From NCBI GenBank assembly GCA_965267355.1, contig OZ253956.1:189654-253653 (forward strand): a DNA stretch of 64,000 bases, read 5' to 3'. Both the position numbers and the translations under genes were made by a program. Below are positions 27,943 to 37,400 of this stretch, piece by piece. The stretch is from Vicingaceae bacterium (GTDB lineage Bacteria > Bacteroidota > Bacteroidia > Flavobacteriales_E > Vicingaceae). How positions within the stretch are numbered: position 1 is the first letter of the stretch; the number at the start of each line of letters is the position of its first letter. The notes under the pieces were generated by a model that was not told where the DNA came from, searched no databases, and saw only the letters and a program-made list of their open reading frames with translations.

Positions 27943-30609
27943 ATGAAAAAATTCAAGGTAATAGGGATAATTTTTGGCATCATCATTTTATTGATGGTGA
28001 TTACTGGTATTATCTTTTCTACCATTTATGAAGACAAGGTTAAAGCCTTTATCATTGAACAAATCAACAACAATGTTCATACTCCTATAGATGTTAAAGA
28101 GGTCAACTTTTCGGTATTTAAAAAATTCCCTTATGCCTCGTTAGAGTTTAGCCAGGTTAGTGCTAAAGAGATGAGCAAAAGCGATAAAAAGGATGACCTT
28201 TTTACTGCTCAATCCATTTACCTGCAATTTAACATTATAGATATTCTAAAAGAAAATTACATCATTAAAAAAGTTCAGGTAGAACACGGAATGATGAACA
28301 TTAAAATTGATAAGTACGGTAACGATAATTACCATTTCTGGAAAACATCATCGGATACTTCTGCCCTTTCTGTTGAGTTAGAAGATTTAGTATTTAAAGA
28401 GGTAAATTTCTACTTCCTTAACCAATACAAGGATATGGACATGGATATCAATACTGAAAAGCTGGCTTTATCTGGTAATTTCTCTAGCGATGAATATACT
28501 TTGGATGCTCAAGGACGGTTTCGCATCAATCAGATTAACGAAAAAGGTAGGCGAATTATGAAAGATAAAACAGTGTATGTTAATACCGCTTTAGCCGTAA
28601 ACACTATCAGTAATCAATACTCCATAAAATCAGGGCAACTTGCCTTTCAGGATTTAAATTTTATACTTTCTGGTAGTATAAAAAACAAAGAAGAGGGTAT
28701 TGATCTAAACTTAAAAACCAAGGGCAATGAAATGGAAATCAATAAACTTTTCTCTTTGTTTCCTCCTCACCTACAAGAAAAGCTAACTACTTACGAAACA
28801 CAAGGTATTATAACTTTTAACTCTGCTTTAGAAGGGATGTTATCAGCAAAAAAAACACCCAACTTTAATGCAGAATTTAGCATAGCTAATGGGGTTGTTA
28901 CCGAAAGTAAATCAGACCAATCGTTAACCAATATTAATTTAACTGGCACCTTTTCAAATGGAGCACAGCAAAATAACGCCAGCTCTAAATTAATTTTAAA
29001 AGAAGTTGATGCTGATTTTGGTGCAGGGCATATTTTTGGCAACTATACCATTACCGATTTTAATAACCCCTATATTGTTTTTAACACCAATGCCACAGTA
29101 GATTTAACTACTGCTAAAGCATTTTTTAAATGGGATAGTTTAGAAACTGCTACAGGTAATTTAGAAATGAGTTTAACCTATAGTGGCTACGTAAAAGAAC
29201 TCAACAACATTAAAGCAAGTGAATTACGAAAACTAAATGCAAGCGGTAATGCTCGTTTAACTAATGCTCAATTTAGAAAGGCAAATACAAATAACTCTTT
29301 TGAGCAAATTAATGGTTCGTTTAAATTCAATAATAACGATGTTCAAATTGACACATTAAACTTTATTGCCAACGGTAACAAATTTGAGTTAGATGGTAAG
29401 TTTAAAAACTTATTGGCTTTCTTATTTGTAGAAGGTGAAAACTTAGCGGTAAAAACGAATTTCCATAGTAATAGCCTGGTACTAGATGACTTTTTAAGCA
29501 AAGAAGAAGGTAGCACTCAATACACCTTAGACTTACCAAAAAACATCACTTTAAATTTTAAAGCTAAAGTGGATACTTTCCATTTCAGAAAGTTTTCAGC
29601 TCATAATGTTAAAGGTCATATTGAAATGCACGACCAAATACTTACTGCATCAAACGTATCTTTCTTATCTATGAAAGGTGAAGTAACTGGCAACATGGCA
29701 ATTGATGCCCAAGGAGAAAGCATATTAATTACTGGGAACAGCAAGCTACATAAAGTTGACATTAACGAGATGTTCCGTCAATTTGAAAACTTTAGTCAAA
29801 AACACATTTTAGATAAAAACATAAAAGGGCTAACTACCTCTGACATTGAATTTGCCTCAGTTTGGGACAGGCAATTAAAAGTAGATGATGATAAGATTTA
29901 TGTTTTAGCTGATATTCATGTAGACAAAGGAGAGTTGATAGATTACAAACCAATTTTAGCTTTGAGTAAATACATTGAGGTAGAAGAATTGGAGCACATT
30001 AAATTCGATCATCTTAAAACACAAATTGAAGTAAAAAACAAAGTGGTTTACATTCCTAAAACAGAAGTTAATTCTTCTGCTATAGATGTTACTTTATCAG
30101 GTACACACACTTTTGATAATCACATTGATTATCGTTTCAAATTACTGCTTAATGATGTGCTTTGGAGAAAAGCCAAGAAAAAGAAAAAAGACATTTCAGA
30201 ATTTGGTTACATTGCTGATGATGGGTTAGGTAAAACCACTATCTTTCTTAAAATGAAAGGTACTATTGACGATTATGACATCAGTTACGATACCAAAGGG
30301 TTAAAAGAACGTTGGAAAGAAGATTTAAAAAAGGAAAAGAACACCTTAAAGAAGATTTTAAACGAAGAATTTGGTTGGTTTAAAAAAGATACCACCATCA
30401 AAAAAGAAGAAGAGCCTGAAGATGATGGGTTTATTATAGAGTGGGAAGAAGAAACAGATGAAAATCCAAAAAATTCAAATGACAAATCACAAAAAACAAA
30501 AAATAATAAAGAAGTCAAAAACAAGAAAAAGAAAAAAGGTTTGGGTAAGTTTATAGATAAAATTGCCAAACCTGATGAAGAGGAATACGAAGACTTTGAC
30601 GATATTTAA
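27943..30609 (+). CDS. AsmA-family membrane protein with K/E-rich low-complexity C-terminus
   Basis: N-terminal TM anchor plus a long periplasmic beta-rich region typical of AsmA-like proteins. Charged tail KKEKNTLKK...KKKKKGLGKF. Confidence 0.5.
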   Translation: MKKFKVIGIIFGIIILLMVITGIIFSTIYEDKVKAFIIEQINNNVHTPIDVKEVNFSVFKKFPYASLEFSQVSAKEMSKSDKKDDLFTAQSIYLQFNIIDILKENYIIKKVQVEHGMMNIKIDKYGNDNYHFWKTSSDTSALSVELEDLVFKEVNFYFLNQYKDMDMDINTEKLALSGNFSSDEYTLDAQGRFRINQINEKGRRIMKDKTVYVNTALAVNTISNQYSIKSGQLAFQDLNFILSGSIKNKEEGIDLNLKTKGNEMEINKLFSLFPPHLQEKLTTYETQGIITFNSALEGMLSAKKTPNFNAEFSIANGVVTESKSDQSLTNINLTGTFSNGAQQNNASSKLILKEVDADFGAGHIFGNYTITDFNNPYIVFNTNATVDLTTAKAFFKWDSLETATGNLEMSLTYSGYVKELNNIKASELRKLNASGNARLTNAQFRKANTNNSFEQINGSFKFNNNDVQIDTLNFIANGNKFELDGKFKNLLAFLFVEGENLAVKTNFHSNSLVLDDFLSKEEGSTQYTLDLPKNITLNFKAKVDTFHFRKFSAHNVKGHIEMHDQILTASNVSFLSMKGEVTGNMAIDAQGESILITGNSKLHKVDINEMFRQFENFSQKHILDKNIKGLTTSDIEFASVWDRQLKVDDDKIYVLADIHVDKGELIDYKPILALSKYIEVEELEHIKFDHLKTQIEVKNKVVYIPKTEVNSSAIDVTLSGTHTFDNHIDYRFKLLLNDVLWRKAKKKKKDISEFGYIADDGLGKTTIFLKMKGTIDDYDISYDTKGLKERWKEDLKKEKNTLKKILNEEFGWFKKDTTIKKEEEPEDDGFIIEWEEETDENPKNSNDKSQKTKNNKEVKNKKKKKGLGKFIDKIAKPDEEEYEDFDDI

Positions 30610-30691
30610 ACTAAATCCATAAAATTTCATTTCACTCCCTCCAAAGCTGAAAGAAATTTCGTAAATTCGGTAACTACAATTTAATAACTTT

Positions 30692-31270
30692 ATGAGCGAT
30701 TTTTTTTCTAAAATGACCGCTTTTGAGCAAACTTTTTGGTGGATTGCTCTAATTGGTTCAGCAGTTTTTTCAATAATTTTCATCTTAACTTTTATTGGTG
30801 GAGGTGATGCAGATATGGAGTCTGATGTTGCTGATATGGATGCCGATGATGGTGGAGTTGGGTTTCAATTTTTCACCTTTAAAAATGTTGTTGCCTTTTT
30901 TACCATTTTTGGTTGGACAGGAATCATCTGTATAGAAAATAAACTATCTAATATTGCAACAATTAGCATTTCTAGTGTTGCTGGATTAATAATGATGGTA
31001 TTAACTTCTTTATTGTTTTTTTATATGCACAAACTAGCACATTCAGGAACCTTAAAAATTAACAATGCCATTGGTGCTGTCTGTGAAGTTTATCTTCCTA
31101 TAGGCGCAAAACGTTCTTCAATTGGAAAAGTTCAAATTAAAGTACAAGGAAGTCTTAGAGAATTAGAAGCAATAACAGACGAAGAAGAAGATTTGGCAAC
31201 AACAACTATTGTTAAAGTAATAGATATTGTTAGCTCAGAAATTTTATTAGTCGAAAAATTATCTAAATAA
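30692..31270 (+). CDS. YqiJ/NfeD-like membrane protein (TM segments plus C-terminal OB-fold)
   Basis: Four predicted TM helices then a soluble beta-rich C-terminus. It sits immediately upstream of a YqiK-type flotillin, as in E. coli yqiJK. Confidence 0.5.
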   Translation: MSDFFSKMTAFEQTFWWIALIGSAVFSIIFILTFIGGGDADMESDVADMDADDGGVGFQFFTFKNVVAFFTIFGWTGIICIENKLSNIATISISSVAGLIMMVLTSLLFFYMHKLAHSGTLKINNAIGAVCEVYLPIGAKRSSIGKVQIKVQGSLRELEAITDEEEDLATTTIVKVIDIVSSEILLVEKLSK

Positions 31271-31276
31271 TATACC

Positions 31277-32725
31277 ATGAACCACTTTTTATTAGCCATT
31301 TTTGGTCTTAGCGGAGTCTATTTAGTTGCTGCCGTTGTTTTAATTTTTGTAGTATTTATATTTTCCATGTTTAGGAGGTATAAAAGGTGTCCTTCTGATC
31401 AGGTTCTTGTTGTATATGGTAAAACTCGTGGTGATGCTTCCTCAAAATGTATTCATGGTGGAGCTGCTTTTATATGGCCAATTATTCAAGATTATGCGTT
31501 TTTAGATCTTACTCCTATATCAATCGAGGTTAACTTAATCAATGCTTTGAGTAAACAAAATATTAGAGTAAATGTTCCTTCAAGATTTACAATAGGTATT
31601 TCAACCGAGCCTTCTGTTATGCAAAATGCTGCAGAACGTTTACTTGGACTTTCTTTAGATGCCATTAAAGATCTTGCTCAGGAAATCATTTTCGGGCAGT
31701 TACGTTTAGTTGTAGCTTCAATGGATATTGAAGAAATTAACACCGATCGAGACAAATTTTTATCCCACATTACACATAGTGTTGAAGCAGAATTAAAAAA
31801 AGTTGGTTTAAAACTAATCAACGTTAATATTACTGACATTCATGATGAATCAGGTTACATTGAAGCATTAGGAAAAGAGGCTGCTGCAAAGGCAATTAAT
31901 GATGCTAAAATTTCTGTTGCTCAAAAAGATAGAGATGGTGCTATTGGTGAAGCAAATGCTGTTCAAGATCAACGTATTCAGGTTGCTGCTGCTGATGCTA
32001 AAGCAGTAGAAGGTGAAAATACCGCTAAGGTTCAAGTTGCAAATTCTAACGCTGACAGAAGAGCTAGAGAAGCTGAAGCTGAAAAAATTGCTATCGCCTC
32101 AGAAAAAGTTCAGGCTGCAAAAGCACTTGAAGAAGCTTATGCTGCGGAAAAAATTGCAGAAGAAGCAAGAGCAAAGCGTAAAGAAGCTGAACAGAAAGCA
32201 GACATTGTAGTTCCTGCTCAAATTGATAAAGAAAAGATAGAAATTGATGCTGAAGCTGAAGCTGAACAAATACGTAGAGTTGCAAAAGGTGAAGCTGATG
32301 CAATTTTTATGAAAAAAGAAGCTGAAGCGAAGGGTATGTATGAAATATTGACTAAGCAAGCTGAAGGTTTAGATAGAATTGTTAAAGCTGCTGGAAACGA
32401 TTCCAAAGATGCTGTTCTCCTATTAATTGCAGATAAATTGCCTGAATTAGTTAGGACACAGGCTGAAGCAATTAAAAATATCAAGATTGATAAAGTTACT
32501 GTTTGGGAAGGAGGAAATACGAAAGATGGTAAAACATCTACTTCTAACTTTATATCAGGAATGTATAAAGCAGTCCCCCCATTACAAGAAATGTTTAACA
32601 TGGCAGGAATGCAATTACCTAATTATCTTAAAGGTGAGGACATAGAAGATAAGGAAGGAGAAAAAAATAATCAACCAGACATTACAAATCTTGACAATTC
32701 GAAAAATAAAGATAAAAATGAGTAA
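31277..32725 (+). CDS. flotillin / SPFH (band 7) family protein, YqiK-like, with Ala/Glu-rich coiled-coil region
   Basis: N-terminal TM and SPFH domain, then EA-rich heptads (AEAEKIAIASEKVQAAKALEEAYAAEKIAEEARAK). Confidence 0.8.
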   Translation: MNHFLLAIFGLSGVYLVAAVVLIFVVFIFSMFRRYKRCPSDQVLVVYGKTRGDASSKCIHGGAAFIWPIIQDYAFLDLTPISIEVNLINALSKQNIRVNVPSRFTIGISTEPSVMQNAAERLLGLSLDAIKDLAQEIIFGQLRLVVASMDIEEINTDRDKFLSHITHSVEAELKKVGLKLINVNITDIHDESGYIEALGKEAAAKAINDAKISVAQKDRDGAIGEANAVQDQRIQVAAADAKAVEGENTAKVQVANSNADRRAREAEAEKIAIASEKVQAAKALEEAYAAEKIAEEARAKRKEAEQKADIVVPAQIDKEKIEIDAEAEAEQIRRVAKGEADAIFMKKEAEAKGMYEILTKQAEGLDRIVKAAGNDSKDAVLLLIADKLPELVRTQAEAIKNIKIDKVTVWEGGNTKDGKTSTSNFISGMYKAVPPLQEMFNMAGMQLPNYLKGEDIEDKEGEKNNQPDITNLDNSKNKDKNE

Positions 32726-32933
32726 AGAAGTAAAATACAGTAATGATGACATAACCATTATATGGAAGCCAGATTTGTGCACTCATTCTGGAAATTGTGT
32801 AAGAAGTTTACCAAAAGTATATAACCCTAAAGAAAGACCTTGGGTTAAAATTGAAAACGCTACAACAGAAGAGTTAAAGGCTCAACTTAAAACTTGCCCA
32901 TCAGGTGCTCTAAGTTTTATTGAAAACAACTAA
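32718..32933 (+). CDS. divergent 4Fe-4S mono-cluster (Fer4_19-like) small protein; probable start MSKEVKYS at 32718 rather than 32691
   Basis: About 71 aa with a C..HSGNC....P...C pattern. Overlaps the flotillin stop by 8 bp. Confidence 0.4.
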   Translation: MSKEVKYSNDDITIIWKPDLCTHSGNCVRSLPKVYNPKERPWVKIENATTEELKAQLKTCPSGALSFIENN

Positions 32934-32936
32934 GTC

Positions 32937-35615
32937 TTAATCCTTAGTTAATTTCAACAACGTATCTCCTATTATTAGCAGATACATTCCTGATGCTAAA
33001 TCATCAATAGAGATATTTTGCTTTAAAGCATGCTGTAATTGTTTTTCACAAACAATTTTACCAGCTAAATCCTTTATTATCAGGTAATCTTGAGTATAAC
33101 TATCCAACTCTACTGTTATGCTTTGTTTAGCAGGATTAGGATAAACTCTAACAGTATTAGAATTCAGGTTTTCTACTCCTGTAGTTTGAAAATCAACATC
33201 TACCATTTCTATTGCAATGGCAGAAATGTTTTTTGCAGTATCAATGGCTACTGAACGTATCATACCGCTTGTAGTAAGGTTGTTCTCATAACGTATGTCA
33301 TTAGTTGCTCCTGCTCCAACTGTAATTAATTCACTGGATGTTCTGTTCTTGTAAACTCTCAATTCATCTACATCATAAATACAATTCCCACTTCTAAAGG
33401 AGATGGCATTTCCAACCACTAATGGACTGGTATCTGTCCATGAATCAACATAAATATCATCTACATATACATCTGTAGTGCCTGTAGTTTTGTCGTAAAC
33501 TATTTTATAATCATATTGCTGCCCCGAATTAAAGTTGTAAACTACGTCTTTTTCTAAGGTAAATATATTGTTGGTTACTTTATAAAATTGTAGTTTGCTA
33601 TCGTCTTGTCTAAACCACACAAAATAAGAGTTACCTCTATTGGTTTGGCTTGCATCATCACACATGTAATGAAATCCTGCTCTTTTATTACTTCCGATTC
33701 CAGAAATAGATGCTTTATAATGATATAAAAACTTGGTATTATTATTCTGGTCTAAACTTGCATAAAGATTGGTGTTAGCATTATTTTCATCGCTCTGATT
33801 TAGTTGATTTCCCACTATAGACCAAACTCCTGATGAGTCTATCCAATCAGGATGAATGGCTGCATCAAAATCATCATTAAAAAACCCGTTGACATCATTA
33901 GCTCTCCATTCTACAGTATTGTAATCTGAAACATTGTAAAACATATGCTGCACGCCACTTCCTCCAACATTATCTGTATCTGTAAATGTGCTAGTGAAAT
34001 CTGTTGTAGCAAATGGTGTTGGTGAGGAAGATATAGTTGTTGTTGGAGCAATTATATCAGGAACTGTAGTTGTAAAACTAAACTCAAACCCAGGCGCATC
34101 CGTTGCACAATCTGCTCTCATTTCTAGTAACAAACTATTACCTGTAGAATTGATTGTAGTTGGAATAGTAGTACCTGTGTAAACACCTATTCTTGATGAA
34201 AAAGTTGTTGCCCCATCGTACACATACAAATAATCCCAGGTACTTTCCATATCAAACAGAACGGTGTTTAAAGTAATGGTTCCTCCATTTTGAGGTTGAA
34301 TTAAAATCAATTCTCGTTCGCCTGTGTAATTTCCACCACTCCCACCATTATCGGTAATTGTTCCTGAGTTTGTAGTAATGGTAGTAACAGGTGTCGAATT
34401 ATTGATTAAGTTATCATAATACTTCCAATCCCAGTTAGCATCTGGATCGGTATGCGACTGATTAGGAAAATGTTGATGTCCTTTAATTGCCACACAACTA
34501 CCCGGAATACTTGAAGCATTATAATGTGTAGTAGAAGCCCATGGAAAATAAGCTGTTCGTAAAGGAGAAATACCGTAACCACTTTGGGTAATATCTCTGA
34601 CTAAGTCAGCACTAGATTGATACATAGCAGCAGTATACCAAGTAGAATCATTTACAAAGCCTTCATGCTCCATACCAATAGCATAAGGATTTGCAGAACC
34701 AACATGCCATGCTTTATCAGCTTCTAAAACCACCTGAGTTACTTGTCCATCAGACGAACGTAACACATAATGGTAAGAAACATTTGAAGGAACAGAACAA
34801 TTATGTGCCCATGAGATGGCACCAGCGTAGCTGCCTTGTATAGTGTGTACCGTAACTGCTGAAATGGCTACCCCATTTCGTGAACTATAATTACAAGTTG
34901 TTAAGTTCTGTAAAGCAGGAGGGTAATCTGCACTCTTATTATTTATAGTTGATTTTTTGTAAACTTTCCCCTCATCTCCTTCAATATTATAATCTGTCAT
35001 TACAACTTTAGAGGATTGTAAAATTTTTAAATTTTCTTTTCCAAATACCAATTCTAAGTCAAAGTTATAATCAGGAAATCCATATTGCTGCTGCATTACC
35101 GGATTATTCATAAACGACAATACAGAATATAAGTGCGAATTCATAGCAAAATCTTGTTGAACAGTTTGCACTGGTAATTCACTCAGTTTGCTTAAAATGT
35201 GAACAATATTCTGCTCTTGATATTGAAAAGGGCTTAACAACTGTAACTCGTGATGATAAGCTGCTGCAAAAGCTAAAATGTTTTGTTCAGGGTTGATTAT
35301 GATATCATTTACCGAAATACCTGAAACCTGAGCAACATAATTGAGATTATTTTTAAAGTAGCTCTTCCCATCTAAAGTCAATCCCATCACTCCATAAGTT
35401 TTAGGTAATCCAGCACAACTTTCTGGTTGATTTTGTAAATGCTTAAAATGAGTCATAGTGTAAGCAACTGCCTCTAAAATACCTTTTGGAACATCAGGGT
35501 ATTGTTGATAAGCAGAATTAAACTCCTGTTGGTAAGTATTTTTTGGTAATGAAGTGGATTGTGAAAAACTTGGTAAAAGGGTAATCAGGAAAACTGACAG
35601 TAAAAATATCCTCAT
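32937..35615 (-). CDS. T9SS-secreted multidomain protein containing an N-acetylmuramoyl-L-alanine amidase (Amidase_2/PGRP) domain
   Basis: Signal peptide, a PGRP/amidase_2 block (YHYVLRSSDGQVTQVVLEADKAWHVGSANPYAIGMEHEG), lectin/CUB-like beta domains, and a type-A Por C-terminal sorting domain (VRVYPNPAKQSITVEL...GMYLLII). Confidence 0.65.
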   Translation of the reverse strand: MRIFLLSVFLITLLPSFSQSTSLPKNTYQQEFNSAYQQYPDVPKGILEAVAYTMTHFKHLQNQPESCAGLPKTYGVMGLTLDGKSYFKNNLNYVAQVSGISVNDIIINPEQNILAFAAAYHHELQLLSPFQYQEQNIVHILSKLSELPVQTVQQDFAMNSHLYSVLSFMNNPVMQQQYGFPDYNFDLELVFGKENLKILQSSKVVMTDYNIEGDEGKVYKKSTINNKSADYPPALQNLTTCNYSSRNGVAISAVTVHTIQGSYAGAISWAHNCSVPSNVSYHYVLRSSDGQVTQVVLEADKAWHVGSANPYAIGMEHEGFVNDSTWYTAAMYQSSADLVRDITQSGYGISPLRTAYFPWASTTHYNASSIPGSCVAIKGHQHFPNQSHTDPDANWDWKYYDNLINNSTPVTTITTNSGTITDNGGSGGNYTGERELILIQPQNGGTITLNTVLFDMESTWDYLYVYDGATTFSSRIGVYTGTTIPTTINSTGNSLLLEMRADCATDAPGFEFSFTTTVPDIIAPTTTISSSPTPFATTDFTSTFTDTDNVGGSGVQHMFYNVSDYNTVEWRANDVNGFFNDDFDAAIHPDWIDSSGVWSIVGNQLNQSDENNANTNLYASLDQNNNTKFLYHYKASISGIGSNKRAGFHYMCDDASQTNRGNSYFVWFRQDDSKLQFYKVTNNIFTLEKDVVYNFNSGQQYDYKIVYDKTTGTTDVYVDDIYVDSWTDTSPLVVGNAISFRSGNCIYDVDELRVYKNRTSSELITVGAGATNDIRYENNLTTSGMIRSVAIDTAKNISAIAIEMVDVDFQTTGVENLNSNTVRVYPNPAKQSITVELDSYTQDYLIIKDLAGKIVCEKQLQHALKQNISIDDLASGMYLLIIGDTLLKLTKD

Positions 35616-35685
35616 AAAAGTAGTTTATTAAGTTAATTATTTCGATAAAACTCTATTTTTTATCGACTAACAAATTTACTGAATT

Positions 35686-36261
35686 TTACAAACCTATGGC
35701 AAAACCAACTCTGATAATTGGGTTTGTTTGTACATAGTTAGATTCTTTGGTTTCGTTTAAATTCCACAATCCCATAACATACAAAAAAGAATTTCCACCC
35801 ATATTCTGTTTAAGTCCACCACCAACATAAACGTTTACCATATCTATTACAAAATCATCTGACAGATCTACATAATTAACTGTAAGCTTAGCACTTTCTA
35901 TCTCAGAGTGCAACAATATTGGTAAATTTTCAAAAATATACTGAGCAAATACAGAACCTGAATAGGTTGTTGCTTTATAAGGAAAATTAACAGTATTAGT
36001 CTCTTCAAAAATATAACTTCCTCCAATACCTGTTATTAGATTATCGGTAAGGTAATAACCAACTGTAGGAGAAACTGCTATATAAGAGTTGGTGCCAAAT
36101 TGCAAAAACAAACCACCACCAACTGTTACTCTGTTCCAATCAAAACCTTTTTGCTTTTCTTTTTTAGGCTGAGTTGGGGTATCTCCATACACATAACCAT
36201 CATCTTGAGCAAATGCACCTAACGAAATAAAAACCAACAATATAGCTAAACTACTTTTCAC
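35686..36261 (-). CDS. small outer-membrane beta-barrel protein
   Basis: Signal peptide then alternating hydrophobic beta-strand pattern, about 190 aa. Confidence 0.35.
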   Translation of the reverse strand: MKSSLAILLVFISLGAFAQDDGYVYGDTPTQPKKEKQKGFDWNRVTVGGGLFLQFGTNSYIAVSPTVGYYLTDNLITGIGGSYIFEETNTVNFPYKATTYSGSVFAQYIFENLPILLHSEIESAKLTVNYVDLSDDFVIDMVNVYVGGGLKQNMGGNSFLYVMGLWNLNETKESNYVQTNPIIRVGFAIGL

Positions 36262-36271
36262 TAATTCAAAT

Positions 36272-36703
36272 TTACGAAATTTTGTAAGAAGCTATCTCAT
36301 TTAAGGATTTTTCACTTTTAAAAAACACTCCTTTACCCATAGCTACGAGTTTATCATTATTATATAACGCAGCTCTTGCATAAATCTTTTCTCCTTCCAT
36401 TTTTTCTATACTACCCTCAGCTTTCAAAGTTCCTTCAACAACAGGTCTAAGTAACTTTGTTTCAAAAGTACCTGTTAGCACAAAAACATCTTTTACAACT
36501 GAATTGGCAGCAAAAAAAGCAGCATCATCTAACATTTTAAAATAAACCGAACCATGTAATGCTTCTGCAGCATGAAAAAATTGTGGATTCACTCCTATTT
36601 TAATTATAGCTTCCTTTTCTAAAACCTCAATAGTGGGTTGATACAACTCATTAATAGGAGCCGCCAAATACATGTTTTCTAATTTTTTAAAATGTTCTTT
36701 CAT
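36272..36703 (-). CDS. hotdog-fold thioesterase (PaaI/YbgC-like)
   Basis: 143 aa matching the hotdog thioesterase pattern. Confidence 0.5.
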   Translation of the reverse strand: MKEHFKKLENMYLAAPINELYQPTIEVLEKEAIIKIGVNPQFFHAAEALHGSVYFKMLDDAAFFAANSVVKDVFVLTGTFETKLLRPVVEGTLKAEGSIEKMEGEKIYARAALYNNDKLVAMGKGVFFKSEKSLNEIASYKIS

Positions 36704-37383
36704 TTTAAAAATGTTTTTATTTCTTCAGCTAACTGAGCAAGATTCGCTTTTTCTATTGGATGATTAGAATCAGCTAACGTATAAAACTCAGCATTTGGTA
36801 GTGCCTCATAAACTTCTTTTGTTTCTTTTAAGGAAACCATCTCATCTGTATCTGCCAAACCAATTTTAACAAAATGATTTATGTTTTTATAATCATCTAT
36901 TTTTAAAGGGTTGTTCTCTCCCATTTGAATCATCATGTCAGCAGTTCTTGCAAGCAATTCTTTCCAATCATTAGGCTGATGTCGTTTTTCTAAAACATTA
37001 GCAAAAGCTGGTATTTTTTGTTCAATAATTGTAGGGTTGAGCATTTTAGTTTCTTTCTCTGCAATCTTTTTGTCCCAATTGAATTTTGTTCCCAAAGTAA
37101 CAACCTTACCTATCCTTTTTGGAAAATATTTGGCCGCATACAGTGCAACATACCCTCCCATGCTGTAACCAAATATATCTATTTGATGAATTTGATTCTC
37201 ATCTAAAAAATTGATTAGCTCATTTGCAAATTGTTTTATATTAAACTCATTGACAAAATCTCTACCTCCATGTCCAGAGAAATTTAAATTATAAATTTCA
37301 AAACTATCTTTTAAAGACTCGCTTAAAGAAATCAATTGATCTTTAGCTCCTATTGCACCGTGTAAAAGTAAAAGCCTATTCAC
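36700..37383 (-). CDS. alpha/beta hydrolase
   Basis: Nucleophile elbow GYSMGG. Overlaps the thioesterase gene by 4 bp. Confidence 0.7.
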   Translation of the reverse strand: MNRLLLLHGAIGAKDQLISLSESLKDSFEIYNLNFSGHGGRDFVNEFNIKQFANELINFLDENQIHQIDIFGYSMGGYVALYAAKYFPKRIGKVVTLGTKFNWDKKIAEKETKMLNPTIIEQKIPAFANVLEKRHQPNDWKELLARTADMMIQMGENNPLKIDDYKNINHFVKIGLADTDEMVSLKETKEVYEALPNAEFYTLADSNHPIEKANLAQLAEEIKTFLK

Positions 37384-37400
37384 TTATATTTTATTGGAGT

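Noticed and set aside
30285-30783. Two overlapping minus-strand ORFs (94 and 98 aa) rich in Phe/Ser/Leu
   Set aside because: They are the antisense reading of the K/E-rich, A-rich 3' end of the AsmA-like gene and of the NfeD-like gene start. Low-complexity, not coding.
32013-32601. Cluster of four ORFs (65 to 127 aa) on both strands, rich in Leu/Gln/Lys or Ser/Phe
   Set aside because: All fall within the GCT/GAA-repeat (Ala/Glu coiled-coil) region of the flotillin gene, so they are alternative-frame artefacts of a repetitive coding region.
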